A stretch of 59,726 nt of DNA, filler included, from Squatina squatina (Eukaryota), in the NCBI GenBank assembly GCA_031763465.1. It is 3 parts of 3 records of this genome, joined end to end, with 100 filler letters (N's around TTAATTAATTAA, not from the genome) between each part and the next. Parts side by side here need not be neighbours in the genome. Positions count along the whole stretch, not along the records: positions 1 to 20,885 come from JARFOE010000121.1; 2 more parts are not named here. One strand, 5' to 3'. Positions 1 through 12,632 of this stretch are shown in pieces (position 1 is the first letter of the stretch; each line of letters starts with the position of its first letter). Below the pieces are notes generated by a model, which searched no databases, was not told where the DNA came from, and saw only the letters and a list, made by a program, of their open reading frames with translations. The position numbers were made by a program, and so were the translations under genes.

Positions 1-56
1 CAGGCTCGAAGGGCCGAATGGCCTACTCCTGCTCCTATTTTCTATGTTGTCTATGT
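1..56 (+). mobile_element. CR1-type LINE 3' tail
   Basis: GAAGGGCCGAATGGCCTACTCCTGCTCCTATTTTCTATG; the same tail recurs at 6964-7000, ~32765-32805 and ~54570-54615. Confidence 0.8.
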
Positions 57-1883
57 GTCTTTGGTGGCGTTGGTTGAGGGAGCTATGCTGACCCAGCCGA
101 GCAGGCGGACTTGGTTTAATGTCTAATCTGAATCACTGTTATTGAAGTGCTACTGCAATCTTCAGAGAGAAAATTGCACATATATTAATTTAGGACCTAG
201 TAACTTTTTAAAATTAAATTGTGATATATTTTATGCATCAAATGTTTGGAGACTGACTTTTTCTTCAAATAATGCACCCACGTTTAGTCAGTCATTTATT
301 CCTCACGTCTTTCTCTTTCATGCAGAAAAGTTTATTTTTGGGGGAAAAAACCCTTTTCTGGAACAATGACAGCTATAGTGTATACCACACCTTTACAGTC
401 CCATAAGGACTTAATTAAAAAGAGTCTAGGCTTCAGATTTCTTGACCACAGGCCATTTAATATTGAGGATAACTGTGGTGGTTACTGTCACTTGGCAACC
501 CTTGTACTGTGAGCATCAGAGACACATTGTTGAAGGGCTCAGGCTTGCTTCTTAACTCTTTCTGGTCAAAGACTTTTGTTGCCATAACGGATAAATAACA
601 GTCAAAGTTACTAGATATTTCAGATTATCTGCTCATCCAATCTGGTGTGTGCCATTCACTTTGCACGCACAAGGTATTTGTCTGCATTCAAGGAATGTGT
701 TTGGTGTTTATACCTAGAATCAATACGGTAAGCGTACTAGTTAATTTTAAAGCCAGAGAGGTTGGTTGGCAGTAATCAACACTTGTCACATCGTTAAAAC
801 CAGACTTAGATGGAAATGGACAATATTTAACTTTCTGTGGTAAGGTTAGTTCATATCTACCACGCAAGTACAGCAANNNNNNNNNNNNNNNNNNNNNNNN
901 NNNNNNNNNNNNNNNNNNNNNNNNNNNNNNNNNNNNNNNNNNNNNNNNNNNNNNNNNNNNNNNNNNNNNNNNNNNNNNNNNNNNNNNNNNNNNNNNNNNN
1001 NNNNNNNNNNNNNNNNNNNNNNNNNNNNNNNNNNNNNNNNNNNNNNNNNNNNNNNNNNNNNNNNNNNNNNNNNNNNNNNNNNNNNNNNNNNNNNNNNNNN
1101 NNNNNNNNNNNNNNNNNNNNNNNNNNNNNNNNNNNNNNNNNNNNNNNNNNNNNNNNNNNNNNNNNNNNNNNNNNNNNNNNNNNNNNNNNNNNNNNNNNNN
1201 NNNNNNNNNNNNNNNNNNNNNNNNNNNNNNNNNNNNNNNNNNNNNNNNNNNNNNNNNNNNNNNNNNNNNNNNNNNNNNNNNNNNNNNNNNNNNNNNNNNN
1301 NNNNNNNNNNNNNNNNNNNNNNNNNNNNNNNNNNNNNNNNNNNNNNNNNNNNNNNNNNNNNNNNNNNNNNNNNNNNNNNNNNNNNNNNNNNNNNNNNNNN
1401 NNNNNNNNNNNNNNNNNNNNNNNNNNNNNNNNNNNNNNNNNNNNNNNNNNNNNNNNNNNNNNNNNNNNNNNNNNNNNNNNNNNNNNNNNNNNNNNNNNNN
1501 NNNNNNNNNNNNNNNNNNNNNNNNNNNNNNNNNNNNNNNNNNNNNNNNNNNNNNNNNNNNNNNNNNNNNNNNNNNNNNNNNNNNNNNNNNNNNNNNNNNN
1601 NNNNNNNNNNNNNNNNNNNNNNNNNNNNNNNNNNNNNNNNNNNNNNNNNNNNNNNNNNNNNNNNNNNNNNNNNNNNNNNNNNNNNNNNNNNNNNNNNNNN
1701 NNNNNNNNNNNNNNNNNNNNNNNNNNNNNNNNNNNNNNAGGGTTAATAGTATATTATAAAGGAGTCAAAATCTAGGACATGTACGTCCAACTACTTTGGA
1801 AGTGTGCTTTGCTGTATAATGTACCATTTTGCTCTTAAACCAGGTATCCATTAAATACATTAAGAACACATACTATTTCATAG

Positions 1884-1988
1884 CTGCAAGGTTCTTTGTT
1901 GATGAATGCTGGAACCACATCTATAGGGGCTGCTATTTGCCTACAGAAGTGCCTCAGCAAACCTTGTGCCTGTGTTACATTGACATTG
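1884..1988 (+). other. Candidate internal exon of an unidentified gene
   Basis: tttcatag acceptor and TTG|gtaaga donor; 105 bp, open as phase 1-1 (ARFFVDECWNHIYRGCYLPTEVPQQTLCLCYIDI) and also as phase 0-0; no homologue recognised. Confidence 0.25.
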
Positions 1989-2423
1989 GTAAGATTGGTC
2001 TGTAGATCTGATGTTGCCTTTCCAGGGAATCTTGAGAAATGGGCCCTATTCACTATCTTGAAAACCCAAACGTGGTTGAAATCCTGGCAAAATCTCTTAT
2101 CTGTATGAGGAAAAAAAAACACCGCGTACTTAGAAAAACTGAGTATTGTTTGTTAATCTTGCTCCAATTGAGACTATCCGATTATTTCATTCTATACTAA
2201 ACTAATAAAACTGTAATGTATGACTTTCCTCAGTTGCCGTTCAGTTCAGTAACATCACTGTGTCGCAGTGTTTTTATATCAGACTAGGCAGGTACCCTCA
2301 ATAAATAAGTTGTTAAATCATGTTAGATAATGAAGGAGCTGGATTTCCCTGAGGTTAAAGTCAATGCCACTATGCAAGAAATATTCAGGAAGAGTAAATC
2401 CATTGTAAACATTTCGGAAATTT

Positions 2424-2569
2424 GGTGAAATTCAACTCTAGCGAGGACATGCAATGGGCAGCAGCGGATCAACAGTTTTCCATTGACTTAAATGGAAAGA
2501 GTAATTGGTCAGGGAGTATAATGGGAGTACTACCCACTTTGTGCCCTACCGATGTTCAATTTCACTCCC
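2424..2569. mobile_element. MITE-like palindromic element
   Basis: Ends GGTGAAATTCAAC ... GTTCAATTTCACTCC are inverted; central hairpin TTTCCATTGACTTAAATGGAAA. Confidence 0.55.
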
Positions 2570-3559
2570 TTGGTATCATTAAGGTTTGGTTTATAAGTTA
2601 CTGCAGAGCAGTTATTGCTTTATGTTTATCTTCTGTATGGGCTTACAGTTTGTATATGTGGTAAGAAAATTGCACATTCCATTTTAATGTGTATATGGTG
2701 TTCTATTGTTTTATTTTTTAAACAGAATACATATATTGAAGTGTTTTTTTCCCCCCAGATTAGTAGAATAATGTGCAGATGACACTGAGGTGATGTGTGG
2801 AACTGTGCATTATATTGGTTTTCTTGCATGTTATACTTAATGAAACTGTAATAAATCTCGCTATTGCTGCTTAGTTTCTGAAGGAAAATATCCTGCTTTG
2901 TTAGCCTACTCAGCCTTTATACATTTTGTATATATTTTGAAGAATTAAATTTATGCTATCTACATGTTACAGCCTTTGTTGGGTATTGTGCATATGTTTT
3001 CTGAAACTGTGTTTAGCTTATTAAAATTCAATAGTTCAGTTGCCGGAATCTAATGTTTATACAACCAAGGAAAAATACAATGGCCTATTTTGGTGATACT
3101 ATATTTAGTCGAAGATTATCATTTCAGTAAAAATGTTTCAAAAGCTTGTCAAAAGGATTGTGATGTAAAAAATGTCACGCTAAGTTTTAGTACTGATTCA
3201 TTGTAGACCAGTGTGGTGGATACTAACTTTAAAAAAAAATTAAACACCAAAGATTTGCTGCAGTTGCTCGTTGGGCCCACTTTCTATTTTATGAATGGGC
3301 TCATTTGCATTTTCTAAGCCATCTTTTGTTAGTAACGTGTCTGTTCAGCTGGTTGGAATTTAAGATCATTTGTCAGTAACAATTAGTAGTGACTCTGATC
3401 TCTCTANNNNNNNNNNNNNNNNNNNNNNNNNNNNNNNNNNNNNNNNNNNNNNNNNNNNNNNNNNNNNNNNNNNNNNNNNNNNNNNNNNNNNNNNNNNNNN
3501 NNNNNNAAATTTGTGCAGCCTCCACCCTGCAAATCCTTCAAACTTAGCTCCACCCCTGG

Positions 3560-3795
3560 TCAGAGGTACCACCTTTTGGATGAGGTGTTAAACGAGGCCC
3601 CATCTATCTGCTCAGAGAGAGGTAAAAGATTGCATGAAGTTATATAAAGAAGAATAGGATGTTCTCCCAATGTCCTTTCAAACATAAACCAACACCACCA
3701 AAACGCTTTAAGTAATCATTTATCTCTTTGTGGGACCTCACTTTCAGGTCTGTCTGCATAATAGCAGTGACTACTTTTCAAAAGTAATTCATTTT
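3560..3795 (+). mobile_element. Deu-domain SINE (SacSINE1/AmnSINE-like), degenerate
   Basis: GTTAAACGAGGCCCCATCT...GTAAAAGAT...TTTGTGGGA...CAGTGACTACTTTTCAAAAGTAATTCAT; homologous to 16790-17090 and to the reverse complement of 14063-14332. Confidence 0.7.
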
Positions 3796-3940
3796 ATTTC
3801 ATTTCCCTCCCTCCCTTCCTTCCTTCATTCCTTCCTGCTTTCCTGTTAATAAGGCCAGGTCTATGCACAGCATGAGCACAGTACAACACTGAGTCAAGTG
3901 CCACTTAATTTATACTTGATGGGGCGAAGACCTAGTCAGA

Positions 3941-5028
3941 TACAGAGAGACCTGGGGGTGCCTATACACAAGTCTTTGAAGGTGGCAGAGGCTGTTGAAA
4001 AGACATATGGGATCCTTGGCTTTATAAATAGAGGCATGGGGGTAATTTTTAACTCCCAAGAATGGGTGGGTTTGGATTGGGCGAGAAGTTAAAATTTGAA
4101 AAATTTCATGCACGACCCCGCCCTAACTACAACCTGCCCATTTTCAGTTTTAACAGAGGCGGGGCGGTGGGAAGGCGACCAATCTGCTCTCAGAAGGTGG
4201 GTTTGTCGGTAAAAGATTTTATGGAGGCTGTGTAACTCCGTTTTACAGGCTTTTTATTTTTAACCNNNNNNNNNNCTCGCTCCCTACCTGGTCTCTGCTC
4301 CTCAGTTATGGCCTCATGCCACAGACTTTTCTGCTGGACCAGACTGTCAGGCGGGAAAACTGCAGAAAAAATTTAGACATCTTGCAGGACATCTGGGAAA
4401 CCTTTACTTCTGGGATTCCTATTCAGAACTCCTCCTCCCCCGCTCCCTCTTCGCCAATATCAGGGCCATACGATACAAAAGCAAGCAAGTGATGACAAAC
4501 CTTTATAAACACTGGTTCTGGGCACCACACTTTAGGAATGTCAAGGCCTTGGACAGGGTGCAGAAGAGATCTACTAGACTGGTACCAGGGATGAGGGACT
4601 TCAGTTACATAGAGAGACAAGAGAGACTGGGGTTGTTATCCTGAGAGCAGAGAAGGTTAAGAGGAGGTTTGAGAGGTGTTTAAAATCATGAAGGGCTATG
4701 ATAGAGTAATAAGGAGAAACGATTTCCAGTGGCAAAAGGGTCGGTAACCAGAGGGCACAGATTTAAGGTAATTGGCAACAGAACCAGAGGGGACATGAGG
4801 AAAAAAAAATTATGCAGAGAATTGTTATGATCTGGAAGGCACTGCCTGATAGGGCGCTGGAAGCAGATTCAATAATAATTTTTTAAAGGGTATTAGTGAA
4901 ATAGTTTGCAGGGCTATATGGAAAGAGCAGAGGAGTAGGACTACATGGATAGCTCTTTCAGAGAGCTGGCACAGGCACGATGGGCCAAATGGCCTCACTC
5001 GGTGCTGTTTCAGTCTATGATTCTATGA
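3941..5028 (+). mobile_element. CR1 LINE 3' fragment (end of ORF2 plus tail), interrupted at 4038-4466
   Basis: Decayed ORF2 C-terminus (QRDLGVPIHKSLKVA...YGILGFINRG), resuming after the insert; ends in a CTATGATTCTATGA tail. Confidence 0.85.
4038..4466. mobile_element. GC-rich non-autonomous DNA element inserted in CR1
   Basis: Splits CR1 at GAGGCAT|ACGATACAAAAGC; CAT present on both flanks (4035-4037 and 4467-4469); only loosely inverted ends; contains a 10-N gap. Confidence 0.6.
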
Positions 5029-5885
5029 TAACTAACACTACTTTAGTTACATCTGCGGTACTATAATTAGTACCATCATAATGATGATTACAGTAAAAGT
5101 AAANNNNNNNNNNNNNNNNNNNNNNNNNNNNNNNNNNNNNNNNNNNNNNNNNNNNNNNNNNNNNNNNNNNNNNNNNNNNNNNNNNNNNNNNNNNNNNNNN
5201 NNNCATGACACAGCTGTTGCAAGAGTTTCTGTTCAACAAGACATTCAAGCAGTGAATAAAGACCATTAGCATGTTACTGAATAATGAAAGAAAAATCGAT
5301 GCAAGACATTATAGAGCTAGACAAGCTCATCAATATGCATCACAAGGAATAAAGATCATTACCATGTGTCACGCAGTGACAGAACTCAAACCATCATATC
5401 AATATTGCACTAACATGCACTACTTATGCTGCTCATGTTTTAAAGCTTTTAAGGTTCAATTGATAGATTTTTAATAGGATCTTGATACATATTCACATTA
5501 TCAACAATACACATCTCTTGTTACCCTTTGGTGCTGCCTTTCGCAGAGATCTGAATTGTTTCTTGCTGAAAGGATTGGTTAGCTTGGAAAAATCATTTTT
5601 GACGCGTAGCATAAACATTTAAAGTGTAAGAAATAAATGTATGAAGTGAAACGGTAATATGATCAAACTCATCAGCGTGACTTAGCCTCGCTACAGTAAA
5701 GAAAGTCATGTATTTTATAAAGATCATCGGGGAATAAAAAATAAACTGCCTCAAGTGACCACAACATACAGATGGTTAAGAGAGANNNNNNNNNNNNNNN
5801 NNNNNNNNNNNNNNNNNNNNNNNNNNNNNNNNNNNNNNNNNNNNNNNNNNNNNNNNNNNNNNNNNNNNNNNNNNNNNNNNNNNNN

Positions 5886-5975
5886 ATTTCTATAGCGCCT
5901 TTCAAGACCTCAGGCTGTCCCAAAGTGCTTTACAGCCAATGAAGTCCTTTTGAAGTGTAGTCACAGTTGTAATTC
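5886..5975 (-). mobile_element. Deu-SINE 3' end
   Basis: TATAGCGCCTTTCA...CCCAAAGTGCTTTACAGCCAATGAAGT, near identical to 14088-14160 and 14866-14945. Confidence 0.75.
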
Positions 5976-6794
5976 CATGTTAAATCTAGTGACTTTAACA
6001 TAGTAACATATCCCAAGCTGCTTCACAAAGACACAAGGGGGAAAGAAGGAAAAATTACATTGATCCTACTGTAGTTTGGGTATTGCCATCACAGAAGCCA
6101 TGCATCACATCATACAGGATATGACTGTGGGCTAAATGTTATTAATGTCATGCCATTGGTAAACAGTGGAAACAACTCAAAACTACTTTCAAATCAATTC
6201 ACATACTAAACGCTAACTTCTCTCATTCAAATTTAAAAAAAAATGTATTAATATTCACATGGATAAGAGTATATTTCAAAGCATGAATACAGCTCACATT
6301 CAGAAGGTGTTAATAAATGGATCAAGTTTTTCTCTCTTGGCCCTTGAGGTAATCTGAGCCCTTTCTGTCACTACTGTTAACACACTCGTACCCTTATGTA
6401 TTCTATATCAACTACAAAACTTATGCACCAGTAAAGCTGTCCTGTCACTTAATTCTGTACACCTTGAGATCCTACATTACAATCACCTATAGTATATTAA
6501 AAGTTCTCTGCTGGTTCAAACCTCACTATTGCTGACACGGTAGCCTTCATAATCTTAACTCACCTTAATACCCTGTGCTCTGCCAACCTCCCAACTGCTG
6601 CTACTGCAATCTTACCTCTCTATATAGCTCAAGTCCATCCAAGACTTCAATATTGTTCCCATATCTGGGGAGGCTCTTCAACCATCTGCCCAGAATTCCT
6701 GGACAGGATTCCCCGCTCAGGCCTGAGTTAAAATTACAGTCGGGTCTCAATTATGTCATTGGGCCGTGACATGAATATGTAAAGAAGGAATACA

Positions 6795-6864
6795 AACAAA
6801 AAATGCTGGAAAAACTCAGCAGGTCAGGCAGCATCTGTGGAGAAAAAAAGAGTCAACGTTTCGG
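6795..6864 (-). mobile_element. Penelope-like element terminal repeat fragment
   Basis: AAATGCTGGAAAAACTCAGCAGGTCAGGCAGCATCTGTGGAGA...AACGTTTCGG, a repeat I recall as abundant in sharks; degenerate copies near 12680-12775, 36540-36668 and 47545-47620. Confidence 0.6.
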
Positions 6865-8150
6865 NNNNNNNNNNNNNNNNNNNNNNNNNNNNNNNNNNNN
6901 NNNNNNNNNNNNNNNNNNNNNNNNNNNNNNNNNNNNNNNNNNNNNNNNNNNNNNNNNNNNNNNNGCCGAATGGCCTACTCCTGCTCCTATTTTCTATGTT
7001 TCTTGCTCTCTTAAAGCCTTTAGATGACCAATTTAACAGGTAGAACGTTTGCAACAATCCCGAGAATATTCTTAAAGCAACATTACCAATATGCTGGCCA
7101 TTACATTGATACTGAAGTCTAGTGTAAGATTGAATGCTCATGGCGATGAGGATCACAGGATCCGAAGCAGAACACCAAACCATTCATCCATCACATGATT
7201 ATATCATCTTTGGAGGTCATTCAGAAAACGCCACAGGGAGGTGTGTGCCACAGAGAACATATCACAGACAGAATCTTTATATAGAACCATTATTCTGCTT
7301 TAAACATTGCATATTATAACAGAGAGTATTAATGGCTAAGGGCCTTGTACTAATATGATACTGCCATTTTCAATTCTCTTTTATCAGATGATGGCAGCAT
7401 AGAGCATTCAAAATAAATTCTGCTCGTCTAAGCTAATTACTTTAACAAGTCTGAATTATCCTGTTGAACAAGGTAGAAAGATATCATTTACAAGCTCGGT
7501 GTGCAACTGATGGTAATCTGGAATCATTTCCATTCTATGCGTATTCCATGACTACTAGACAATACCAAATTAAAAATGTTGTCACAGGTAATACAGAAAA
7601 CCTGAGCAGCACAAACCAGGCATGTGGTTTACAGCTGAATCTCAAAGACAGTGTCATTCAGATTGTGCGTCTGCACGGGGGTGACCTCAAATCTCTTTTC
7701 ATATTCGATGCCACTTGATATTATTGTGTCGAGAAAGCTGCAGAAAAGCACACAATTTACTCATTTCAGCCTTGCTAAACAAACCATTATTCACACCAAT
7801 CTGAATTAAAATTAATTACACTGCACATAACAATGATAGCCTTAAAATGTATCTGTAGAGTGTAAACTAGACCTTGACCTGCCTGCACAGTGGAACTAGA
7901 GGTAAATATCACTAACTTTCACAAGTTTCACTTGTGTGGTGCTAGTCTTCATGTTTATGCTAGGGAATAAAAGCTATATATTCTTCTCCTCATCTTTTAA
8001 TTTATTTTTTTAAGTGTACAAGATGAGGGGTGCTGATGCTGAGGAATGGGACTTCATGCATATCCAGTACTCAGTGACCCAGTTCAGGTGCTACACGACT
8101 CAGTGTTCTGCCCCTTTACTCTGTCCCAGAGATAGGGCTGATCCTGTGAT

Positions 8151-8275
8151 AGGTCCGGAAATTCTTTACCCGTAACCGTGTCTTTCCATCCATTAAAATT
8201 AAAATGAATGAATGGAAGCTGTAGGCAGTTCCTGACCTGCGTCCTCTGAGAACACGGGTAGTGGAATTCTGTGTC
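8151..8275. mobile_element. MITE-like palindromic element
   Basis: GGAAATTCTTTACCCGT ... ACGGGTAGTGGAATTCT inverted ends; internal TTCCATCCATT...AATGAATGGAA hairpin. Confidence 0.5.
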
Positions 8276-10261
8276 TTACCTTAGCCTCGGAGGAGATCAT
8301 CTACTGCATTGGCATGACATTCCCATATCTCATGGCCAATTTAACTGGAACAGCCACATAAGTACTATGTATACATCACTAAATCAGATTATCTANNNNN
8401 NNNNNNNNNNNNNNNNNNNNNNNNNNNNNNNNNNNNNNNNNNNNNNNNNNNNNNNNNNNNNNNNNNNNNNNNNNNNNNNNNNNNNNNNNNNNNNNTGTTC
8501 TTAAGAGAAAGAGAAATGCATTTATATGGCGTTTCATCACATCTCTCAGGAACATTGCAAAGCACTCCACATACACTGAATAAATACGAAGTTTTAAGAA
8601 TGCTATGTCTATTTTGTTGCTTTCCCATTTTGTACATAGGCTTTTTTTGGACAGGCGGAATTTCACTCCCATGAAACCGTAGCCGTGAAACCCAGCCTGT
8701 CATTCCATTCCAGATATTTCATCTATCGGTTCTGCATTGGAATAAAGCCCAGCAAGCCATGGGGTTTCACCTGCGTGACAGACATTTTAAAGCAGTCGAA
8801 TTATGGGGAAAACCTATTGAAGAATTGTCCTTATCTGTACGAAACAATTATACATAATTAACTGTAATTATCCTAGTTCATTAATGCACTGCTTCTAATA
8901 GAATAATGATTATCCCAGCTAAGTTTATTTTGAAAATAAGATTGAGAAGGATTTGAATTATTGGAAAGTTTTCAAAAATCACCAAATTTGTATCTGTAGA
9001 CTACACCAAAAACACCACTCATCGCTAAACAATTCTAACTTCCAAATTTCATAAGCAAGTGTCCTTGAAGTAGAGGATGGACTATTTTGTAATTAACCTA
9101 ATCTGTTTATATAAGTTACATACAATTAATATAAAATTAAGATGTGCGTTTTTATTATAATCCAACTTTTATCAGTCTATAATTTAAGGGATTTCTTAAA
9201 TGATAGGGGAAAGATTTTTCTTTCCAACTTAACCTGTAAACTGCTAGTAGATAGAGAGAAACTGGTCCCATTGGTGGAAGGNNNNNNNNNNNNNNNNNNN
9301 NNNNNNNNNNNNNNNNNNNNNNNNNNNNNNNNNNNNNNNNNNNNNNNNNNNNNNNNNNNNNNNNNNNNNNNNNNNNNNNNNNNNNNNNNNNNNNNNNNNN
9401 NNNNNNNNNNNNNNNNNNNNNNNNNNNNNNNNNNNNNNNNNNNNNNNNNNNNNNNNNNNNNNNNNNNNNNNNNNNNNNNNNNNNNNNNNNNNNNNNNNNN
9501 NNNNNNNNNNNNNNNNNNNNNNNNNNNNNNNNNNNNNNNNNNNNNNNNNNNNNNNNNNNNNNNNNNNNNNNNNNNNNNNNNNNNNNNNNNNNNNNNNNNN
9601 NNNNNNNNNNNNNNNNNNNNNNNNNNNNNNNNNNNNNNNNNNNNNNNNNNNNNNNNNNNNNNNNNNNNNNNNNNNNNNNNNNNNNNNNNNNNNNNNNNNN
9701 NNNNNNNNNNNNNNNNNNNNNNNNNNNNNNNNNNNNNNNNNNNNNNNNNNNNNNNNNNNNNNNNNNNNNNNNNNNNNNNNNNNNNNNNNNNNNNNNNNNN
9801 NNNNNNNNNNNNNNNNNNNNNNNNNNNNNNNNNNNNNNNNNNNNNNNNNNNNNNNNNNNNNNNNNNNNNNNNNNNNNNNNNNNNNNNNNNNNNNNNNNNN
9901 NNNNNNNNNNNNNNNNNNNNNNNNNNNNNNNNNNNNNNNNNNNNNNNNNNNNNNNNNNNNNNNNNNNNNNNNNNNNNNNNNNNNNNNNNNNNNNNNNNNN
10001 NNNNNNNNNNNNNNNNNNNNNNNNNNNNNNNNNNNNNNNNNNNNNNNNNNNNNNNNNNNNNNNNNNNNNNNNNNNNNNNNNNNNNNNNNNNNNNNNNNNN
10101 NNNNNNNNNNNNNNNNNNNNNNNNNNNNNNNNNNNNNNNNNNNNNNNNNNNNNNNNNNNNNNNNNNNNNNNNNNNNNNNNNNNNNNNNNNNNNNNNNNNN
10201 NNNNNNNNNNNNNNNNNNNNNNNNNNNNNNNNNNNNNNNNNNNNNNNNNNNNNNNNNNNNN

Positions 10262-10652
10262 GCGCTGTTGCATTCTTCACCGATGGAACCTGCACAAAGA
10301 TTCTGTAATTGCATGAATTCGGGGTAATTACCCACTAGTCACGCACTAAAGACAGCAGAAAAAGTTAGGGCTACTGCAATCAGGAGTAACAGAGTTTTCC
10401 TGTACAATGATTTAAATGCAATTTATGTTTCCTGTTTTATACTTCCTGTTTTGCAGTCTGCGCGTCTCAGTGAGGATTCTACAGTCTGATTGGTTGAGGA
10501 GCCTCGCTGCTGCCTGCCCTGTTCACAGATGCCACGGATCCCCTGTGGAGGGCGCCGCACTTGATCGGACGCGGGGTTAGTAGAAATCTCCGCTGACAAG
10601 CCCACGGATAGTCTCCGGGCAAATTACACCGCTCACAGCAAAATCTGGGCCA
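10262..10652. mobile_element. GC-rich DNA-element fragment with AAATCTGGGCC terminus
   Basis: CpG-rich block that ends abruptly at a terminus resembling the GGCCCAGAATT/GGGCTAGAAATT ends seen elsewhere in the window. Confidence 0.45.
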
Positions 10653-11201
10653 TTGGTTCATAGGATAATCCCTTCAGCAGTTCACGTAGGGTCAGATTAA
10701 TTAGCTTGTCGAGATTCTACTAAGTGCGTTGAACTTTTTTTTTCTCAATTGCAACAATAAATACTCATGAAGTCACAAGTTTCCATCCGGCTCTCTGCTG
10801 TCTGCCATTTATCACGTTCATGCTGGCTAGAATCTGTTGTTCCAGTTATCAGCAAAAATGTTTTTTCCTGTGGCGTACAAAACTGCTGGGTTTGCAGCTC
10901 AATACTCTGTTGACATTGACCTCCTTGAATGCAAAGTTAAATTTCAGGTCAGTGGCTTCCTGTTGGCTTCCACCTGATACTGTCATATTGGTGACTATTT
11001 ATAGAACCTCACTTCCTCTGAGAGGTCNNNNNNNNNNCGCTTTCAATCCACCAAATGGGCTGCTCATCCAAAACAGCTTTGCTCCTCTGCTTATTGCCAT
11101 TCTCAAGAGTTGCAGGCAGAGTATATCAGGCAACTAACGTGGCCACAAAGTAGATAATGCATCTTTGACAATGTAGTCGACACTTCCTTCGCCACACTTA
11201 C

Positions 11202-11246
11202 CTGGGTTAACACCAACAGGCAAAAACATGTGGGTGACACTTTTTA
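11202..11246 (-). other. Candidate 45-bp exon of an unidentified gene
   Basis: Minus strand: poly-T tract plus cag acceptor, and CAG|gtaagt donor; open only as phase 1-1 (xKSVTHMFLPVGVNPx). Confidence 0.4.
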
Positions 11247-12457
11247 CTGAAAAAAAAAATGCAAGTACTTAGAAACTGAGGACTTGAAATTATACTACAG
11301 GGCAAAGGTGTACGAAAACTTAAATGGACTGATTACTCCAGTAAAAATGGGACGAGAGGAATTTTAGTTAAATGCATTAACTGTACATATTCTAATGTCC
11401 TATAGCGTAATTTGAAGACCTTAATTTTTTAATGCATTTCACAAATCAGAAANNNNNNNNNNNNNNNNNNNNNNNNNNNNNNNNNNNNNNNNNNNNNNNN
11501 NNNNNNNNNNNNNNNNNNNNNNNNNNNNNNNNNNNNNNNNNNNNNNNNNNNNTCCTATGTGCCAGCCCAGGAGTTTGCTACTGTGCTAATCCCCTTCTAT
11601 AACTGCATGTAGCTGTGGAGCACTATGTAGAATGACCAAATGCATGTGCAGAACACCTTTAAAAAGGCATTTGGCATCTAAATGTAAACACCTGGGAATG
11701 GGTGCATTCAGGTATTGGCCCAACTCACCTTGGATTCTGAATTGGGTTTGGCACAGAACATTAATAACTGCCCACATCTCCAGCCAAGGAATGTGTAAGA
11801 AAATAAACAAATGCAGATTTATCATGTCTCTGAGACAAGCTTTCCAGGTCTGATTGTTCAACATAAGATCATTCCACACAGACGATAATCAGGACTAAAC
11901 ATGGTTTGAAATAATTGCTGATGCGTAAGCGATTTTTTGCTTTTCAAAACTGCCACACTGCAACATAGCCTTTAAGCTTGAATTACCAAGGTGCCATGTG
12001 ATCTGTAACATCTGCCTGAAACTGGCTAATAGAATATTGAAAAATTGCTAATTAAAATCCGTCAACTGAAAAGGAGTTTAGAAGTTTCCAGAGCAATTTT
12101 GCTGATCAATTAAAAAAATATGCATTTTGAGCTCTGCTAAAATGCTAATGTTGGGCCCCATTGTGACTTGCAAATGTAATAATTTGAATTGCAGTGGACA
12201 TGTGCTGCATATTGGAGCTGCTGACATCATTACAGTTGCACTGGGACAGCTAGAATTTAATTGGAAAAGTGATTGTTTTCCAGCTTCGGTCGCGGGGCAG
12301 CTGCCTTGTCCCAAAATGAGTTATATGCCTTCAAACTAAAATTGATTAACTGTTTGGNNNNNNNNNNNNNNNNNNNNNNNNNNNNNNNNNNNNNNNNNNN
12401 NNNNNNNNNNNNNNNNNNNNNNNNNNNNNNNNNNNNNNNNNNNNNNNNNNNNNNNNN

Positions 12458-12632
12458 AGGCAGACTTAGTTGAACACCTGATTCGAAGAACAATACCTGT
12501 GACAATATATCCTCCTCAGTACTGAACTGGAGTGTCAGTCAGTGGCAGGCACGGTAGTCCTGGAATAGGACTTGAATCCAGCCACCTTGGGATTCAGAGG
12601 TGAGAATGCCACCAACTCAGTCAAGCTGACAC
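12458..12632 (-). mobile_element. tRNA-headed SINE 5' part (Deu-SINE family)
   Basis: Minus strand has A/B-box-like TGACTGAGTTGGT ... GGATTCAAGTCC, followed by CTGACACTCCAGTTCAGTACTGAGG. Confidence 0.6.
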
